Notes under the pieces: generated by a model
Database searches by the model: none
The model's input: the letters and a program-made list of their open reading frames with translations, nothing else
Told to the model about the DNA's origin: nothing
Sequence record: PZ490076.1
Reading direction: 5' to 3' (one strand)
Origin: a phage
Length of the DNA: 40,032 bases
Translations under genes and position numbers: made by a program
Shown: positions 36,309 to 40,032 of the stretch, one piece after another
Position numbering within the stretch: the stretch's first letter is position 1
Layout: each line of letters begins with the position of its first letter

Positions 36309-36383
36309 GTTAACCTCTTCTGCGTTGGATTAAAGTGAATACTGCTAGTGCTCCCAGCCACAAGGCCAGTAACTGTAAGTCTG

Positions 36384-36599
36384 TCATTTGGTCTGCTCCA
36401 GCTTGGACACTGCGTCTTTCAGGTATTTCTCGTGGCTAGATTCCACAAGACAGACGAGGGTCTTGAATGGGACGTTAAGCTGCTTTGACATCTCGGTAGG
36501 AATGACCGTGGTCTTCACCAGACCCTTGCCGTTGTGTTCTGTTACGGTCACGATTTGAGTCCCGCCCTTAACGCCAGCCTGCTTGTGTGCAAATTTCAT
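36384..36599 (-). CDS. Hypothetical protein, 71 aa, immediately downstream of the RNAP gene
   Basis: AGGAGAGAG RBS directly after the RNAP stop codon; no recognised homolog. Confidence 0.5.
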   Translation of the reverse strand: MKFAHKQAGVKGGTQIVTVTEHNGKGLVKTTVIPTEMSKQLNVPFKTLVCLVESSHEKYLKDAVSKLEQTK

Positions 36600-36613
36600 A
36601 ACTCTCTCTCCTG

Positions 36614-39295
36614 TTAAGCGAATGCAAAGTCTGAAGACAATATGTCCTCGATATTCAGTTTACCTTTCTTCGGTAGCTCAGGCAACTTGTCGCGCTGGCT
36701 CTCGTGAAGCTGGTATTCGAACTGCTCGTAGAAGTCAAGCAGCACATCGTTGTCGCGGTAGGTCTCGACCATCGTCTCACGGACACCACGGAACAGATAT
36801 TCAGCGTCAGCCGGGATGGTCCCGAAGCTATCGTGAATCACTGCGAATGACATCACGCCATACTTGCGGTGCGTGTGGACTACAGTCTTGCGGAGGTGGC
36901 TACCATCTTGTGAGTGGACGAAGTTCGGGCTAATTCCTGACTCCTGCTTGTGTTTGTCCAGCTCTTTCTTCGTACCTCTGTTGACGGTAGGCTGAAGGTT
37001 GAATGACCCTAAGAACATCAGGTTCAGACGAGTGGTATCCTTCTTGCGGTATTCCTGCCAGACCGGGAAACCATCAGGTGTTACCCAGTGTACCGGAAGG
37101 CAAGGCTTCAGGATTTCTCCAGTCTTCTTGTCCTTCACCTCAGCAGCCAGCAGCTTGGCAGCGCCTTGAAGCCACTTCATCGCGTCAACCGCAGCAACTA
37201 CGGTCACACTCACAGCTTCCCAAATCATCTTAGCCATGAAGCGAGACGCTTGGCTAGGCTCGGTGAACATAGCGCCAGACCCTGAGTCAATCGCTGGCAT
37301 CACGATGTCCTCGTAAACTTGGTCTGCGAAGCCGTACTCTTTCGACCCGTATGCCAGAGTCATGACTGAACGCTTAGTGACCTTACGTGACATCCCGTAT
37401 GTCAGCCACTGACGGGCCAGCTCTCGTGTCCCCAGCTTGATACGTTCGGTAATCTCACCAGTTTTCTTGTCCTCGTGAGTGACCATCTCGTTGTCAGTAC
37501 CGTTAATCAGCAGGACTTTAAGCTCCTCCTCAATGCGGTCAGACACAATGCGGTAGATGTCTTGTACCATACCGGATGGCGTCAGGTTTACTGCATGCCC
37601 ACCGATGTGGTCACGAAGCATCGCACTGAAGTGCTGAATACCAGAGCAGGACCCATCGAACGCTATCGGCAGCGAGCAGGAGTAAGACAGGCCGTGGTGC
37701 ATTACGCCAGCATACTCGAAGCAGAACGCGAGGAAACAGAACGGAGAGTCTAACTTGCCCCACCACTCAATACTATCCATCGGTGCCTTAGCAGCAGCCA
37801 TGATGTTTTCGTGGTTGTCTTCCACCCACTTGATGCGCTCCTCGAAGGTGACTTTATCGACACCCGCGCAGTTTGCACCGTGGACCTTCAGCCATTTGAA
37901 ACCGTCAGCACCAATAGGCTTGCCGACTGCCAGAGTCAGGAGACCCTTCTGCATGTCGTTACCCTGAGGGTTGAACATCGGCACAGCGTAGACGCGCCCT
38001 CGCCAATCCATGTTGTACGGGAACCAGATGGCCTTGAACTGAGAGAACTTGTTAGCTTGGTTAACGATAAAGCTCAGTGACAATCTGCGCGACTGTCTGG
38101 CCTTCTCGCGGCGATAGATACCAGCAGCAGCCTTCTTCCATGCCTTGAGTTCCTCCTCGGTCTCACCAGCATAGTCCTCAGGCTTCAGCGGCTCCATCTG
38201 AGGGATGTCATCAATAGGTGTGTTGTTCAGCTTCTCGACCATGTTCACCACGTCCAATACCTTCTTGTTCACTTTCCAAGGTGTATTCTGGATGATATTC
38301 ACAGCGTCATAGACTTCAGGCATGTATACGTCTTCATAACGTGCTACCGCAGACTTAGACCCTAAGCGAATCAATGGTAACGGTCTGCGACCTTTGGCCC
38401 AGTACCCACCGCCTACGACACCAGTCCACGGCTTAGGTGGAACGACGCAAGGCTGGTAGACTGGAGCGATACCCGCAAGGCTGAATCCTCGTTGTGCCAT
38501 CTTCTTGACCCAGAAGTCTGACAGGTGGACCATCTCTACGTCAGTCGCTGCATTGCCAGCACCGTACCGCTTAAGCTCGACCAGTTGTGTTGACTGGATG
38601 ACAATCTCGAGCATCTTGATGCCAACGTGGACAGCCTCTGTAGGACTCCAAGTCCCCCACGCATCTTCCAGTTGACCTTGCTCCAGCATGGACGCCTCGA
38701 CCGCTTGCATGTAGGCTTTCTTGTAGGACGCCCCGGCCCGCTTATTCAGGTTATCAGCTATCGCCTTCTTGAAGTGCTCTTTCTCTTTGTCACGGATGCG
38801 ACCGAAGCGGATTTCGTCCTCAAGTGTGCGACCTATCGCGGAGGCCATAGGTGTAATTGGTATCCCTTCGGGCTTGACCAGCTTGGAGAGTATGACCTTC
38901 AGTATGATAACCGCAGCGGACTCACAGGAGATGCGCATAGAGCGGTCCTTGACGGCCTTCTCTTCAGTGCTCAACATGGTGAACGCTACGCTAGGACGAG
39001 AGGTTGACAGCTTTCCGTCTGGACCTTCATGCCACTCCCTGACGGCTTGCGCAATCTTAGGGACCAGAGTCTGCATCAAAGGCTTGGCGACCTGATTGTC
39101 TGCCAGTTCCCCGCGCTCAGTCTGTCGCTCAAGGTTTTTGATGAAACGTCGCTCGCCTTCAGTGTATGCCTCATGCTCAAGCTGAAGCTGTTTAACTGCA
39201 AGGTCTTGCCCGTAGTGGTCGGCCAGCAGGTTAAACGGCTCAATGGCGTTCGACACATCAGAGAAGTCGTGTTTGTCAATAGAGATGACGCTCAT
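36614..39295 (-). CDS. Single-subunit DNA-dependent RNA polymerase (T7 gene 1 homolog), 893 aa
   Basis: Collinear with T7 RNAP including C-terminus ...DILSSDFAFA (T7 ...DILESDFAFA), RGRVYAVPMFNPQGNDM, SGIQHFSAMLRD, PNFVHSQDGSHLRKT, LIHDSFGT. Confidence 0.98.
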   Translation of the reverse strand: MSVISIDKHDFSDVSNAIEPFNLLADHYGQDLAVKQLQLEHEAYTEGERRFIKNLERQTERGELADNQVAKPLMQTLVPKIAQAVREWHEGPDGKLSTSRPSVAFTMLSTEEKAVKDRSMRISCESAAVIILKVILSKLVKPEGIPITPMASAIGRTLEDEIRFGRIRDKEKEHFKKAIADNLNKRAGASYKKAYMQAVEASMLEQGQLEDAWGTWSPTEAVHVGIKMLEIVIQSTQLVELKRYGAGNAATDVEMVHLSDFWVKKMAQRGFSLAGIAPVYQPCVVPPKPWTGVVGGGYWAKGRRPLPLIRLGSKSAVARYEDVYMPEVYDAVNIIQNTPWKVNKKVLDVVNMVEKLNNTPIDDIPQMEPLKPEDYAGETEEELKAWKKAAAGIYRREKARQSRRLSLSFIVNQANKFSQFKAIWFPYNMDWRGRVYAVPMFNPQGNDMQKGLLTLAVGKPIGADGFKWLKVHGANCAGVDKVTFEERIKWVEDNHENIMAAAKAPMDSIEWWGKLDSPFCFLAFCFEYAGVMHHGLSYSCSLPIAFDGSCSGIQHFSAMLRDHIGGHAVNLTPSGMVQDIYRIVSDRIEEELKVLLINGTDNEMVTHEDKKTGEITERIKLGTRELARQWLTYGMSRKVTKRSVMTLAYGSKEYGFADQVYEDIVMPAIDSGSGAMFTEPSQASRFMAKMIWEAVSVTVVAAVDAMKWLQGAAKLLAAEVKDKKTGEILKPCLPVHWVTPDGFPVWQEYRKKDTTRLNLMFLGSFNLQPTVNRGTKKELDKHKQESGISPNFVHSQDGSHLRKTVVHTHRKYGVMSFAVIHDSFGTIPADAEYLFRGVRETMVETYRDNDVLLDFYEQFEYQLHESQRDKLPELPKKGKLNIEDILSSDFAFA

Positions 39296-39364
39296 ACTTA
39301 AAGTCCTTGTTATTAGTCTTTCACTTAAAGTCTCTTTGGTCTTTCACTTGGAGTCTTAGACCTT

Positions 39365-39387
39365 GAGTCCTATAGTGATAGTTAAGT
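39365..39387 (-). promoter_or_regulatory. Phage RNAP promoter located directly upstream of the RNAP gene
   Basis: Minus strand GACTTAACTATCACTATAGGACTCAAGG, 70 nt upstream of the RNAP start codon. Confidence 0.6.
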
Positions 39388-39392
39388 CATAA

Positions 39393-39719
39393 TTACTTGC
39401 ATATCAGTGGGTTAGCGTGAAGATGACTGAAGTCACCGTGAGTCGTGTGCTTGATGGTTGACCGTTGGTCTATCGCCTTCCAGCCTGAGACTAAAAGTTT
39501 ACCATCGTCAGTGATCGGTCGTCCGCCATACGCCAGACACATCAGTTCGGACTTATGGCCCTCTGCCCGGAGTCGTGCCTGTAGTACACGGTCCCGCTCC
39601 TGCTGTTGACGTGCGGCGTGACTTGACGTTCCGTGACGATACCCGGTAGCCAGTAGGCTTAACATATTCATTTCTGCGTCCATAGAGTGTACCAAATTAA
39701 TCCCGTATGACTTGTTCAT
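39393..39719 (-). CDS. Hypothetical early protein, 108 aa from MNKSYG (the track gives a longer 125-aa form starting at 39770)
   Basis: ORF between the kinase-like gene and the RNAP gene; TAATG coupling with the upstream 65-aa ORF; no recognised homolog. Confidence 0.4.
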   Translation of the reverse strand: MNKSYGINLVHSMDAEMNMLSLLATGYRHGTSSHAARQQQERDRVLQARLRAEGHKSELMCLAYGGRPITDDGKLLVSGWKAIDQRSTIKHTTHGDFSHLHANPLICK

Positions 39720-39916
39720 TACAGTTTGCTCCCAAGAGTTGCTATATCCCAGACGTTCGCGAGGTTGCATATGAATCGTCCGTTAGGCTGACGTACAGTC
39801 CAGCGGACCATACGTACATAGTTGAATTTATAGACTTTACGCGCTTTGTTGATGTCTCTCACCAGCACGTAGGCGATAAGTCCATAGCCTATGGCTATCA
39901 ATATTGCGCTACTCAT
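39719..39916 (-). CDS. Hypothetical small early protein with a hydrophobic N-terminus, 65 aa
   Basis: ORF track; N-terminus MSSAILIAIGYGLIAYVLV looks membrane-anchored; start lies in the window-end overlap region. Confidence 0.35.
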   Translation of the reverse strand: MSSAILIAIGYGLIAYVLVRDINKARKVYKFNYVRMVRWTVRQPNGRFICNLANVWDIATLGSKL

Positions 39917-40032
39917 AGTGATTTCCGTTTAATACAGTCGTATATCCCATACCCTATTAGCCAGATGACCGGAGATAAGCATACCCAATGTCCAACACTC
40001 ATAGTTAACCTCTATCAATTTAAGTGGTAATC

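Noticed and set aside
39393-39770. 125-aa form of the early ORF starting at MQPRERLG
   Set aside because: This start overlaps the upstream 65-aa ORF and lacks a good RBS; the internal start (MNKSYG) is coupled to the upstream stop (TAATG) and has a GGGAG motif upstream. Kept as the 108-aa form with low confidence.
39906-40032. 127-bp direct repeat at both window ends as the phage terminal repeat
   Set aside because: The junction falls within the early coding region rather than at T7-like termini; terminus-like sequence (TCTCACAGT...) is found internally at about 1737. Overlap length 127 suggests an assembler k-mer artefact.

Overview
The window is essentially one complete unit (39,905 bp) of a T7-like podophage genome (Autographiviridae, T7 supergroup), given as the reverse complement: every credible gene is on the minus strand. 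The first 127 nt equal the last 127 nt, so the window is a circularly permuted contig with an overlap artefact; the biological genome ends appear to lie near 1554-1737. Gene order read along the minus strand, wrapping through the window ends: host-type early promoters (1138-1315), a kinase-like early gene and small early ORFs, RNA polymerase (36614-39295), genes 1.1/1.2, ligase, gp2, SSB, endonuclease I, amidase, primase-helicase, an intron-split DNA polymerase, exonuclease, portal, scaffold, capsid 10A/10B, tail tube A/B, internal virion proteins, a 1064-aa endosialidase-type tailspike, holin, small terminase, HNH/Rz-Rz1/HNH, large terminase (2432-4219). The tailspike suggests a K1-capsule-specific, K1F-like phage. 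I found no CRISPR array, tRNA, integrase or recognisable defence or anti-defence system; I do not see evidence for a new biological system here. The items most worth a second look are a group I intron with an HNH ORF splitting the DNA polymerase gene, two free-standing HNH genes flanking the spanin genes, a -1 frameshift site in the capsid gene, a single-subunit-RNAP promoter family (11 copies) with a consensus distinct from T7, a phage promoter directly upstream of the RNAP gene, conserved RNase III-like elements, and several ORFs with no recognisable function. All homology statements rest on reading the translations against remembered T7-family sequences; no database search was run.
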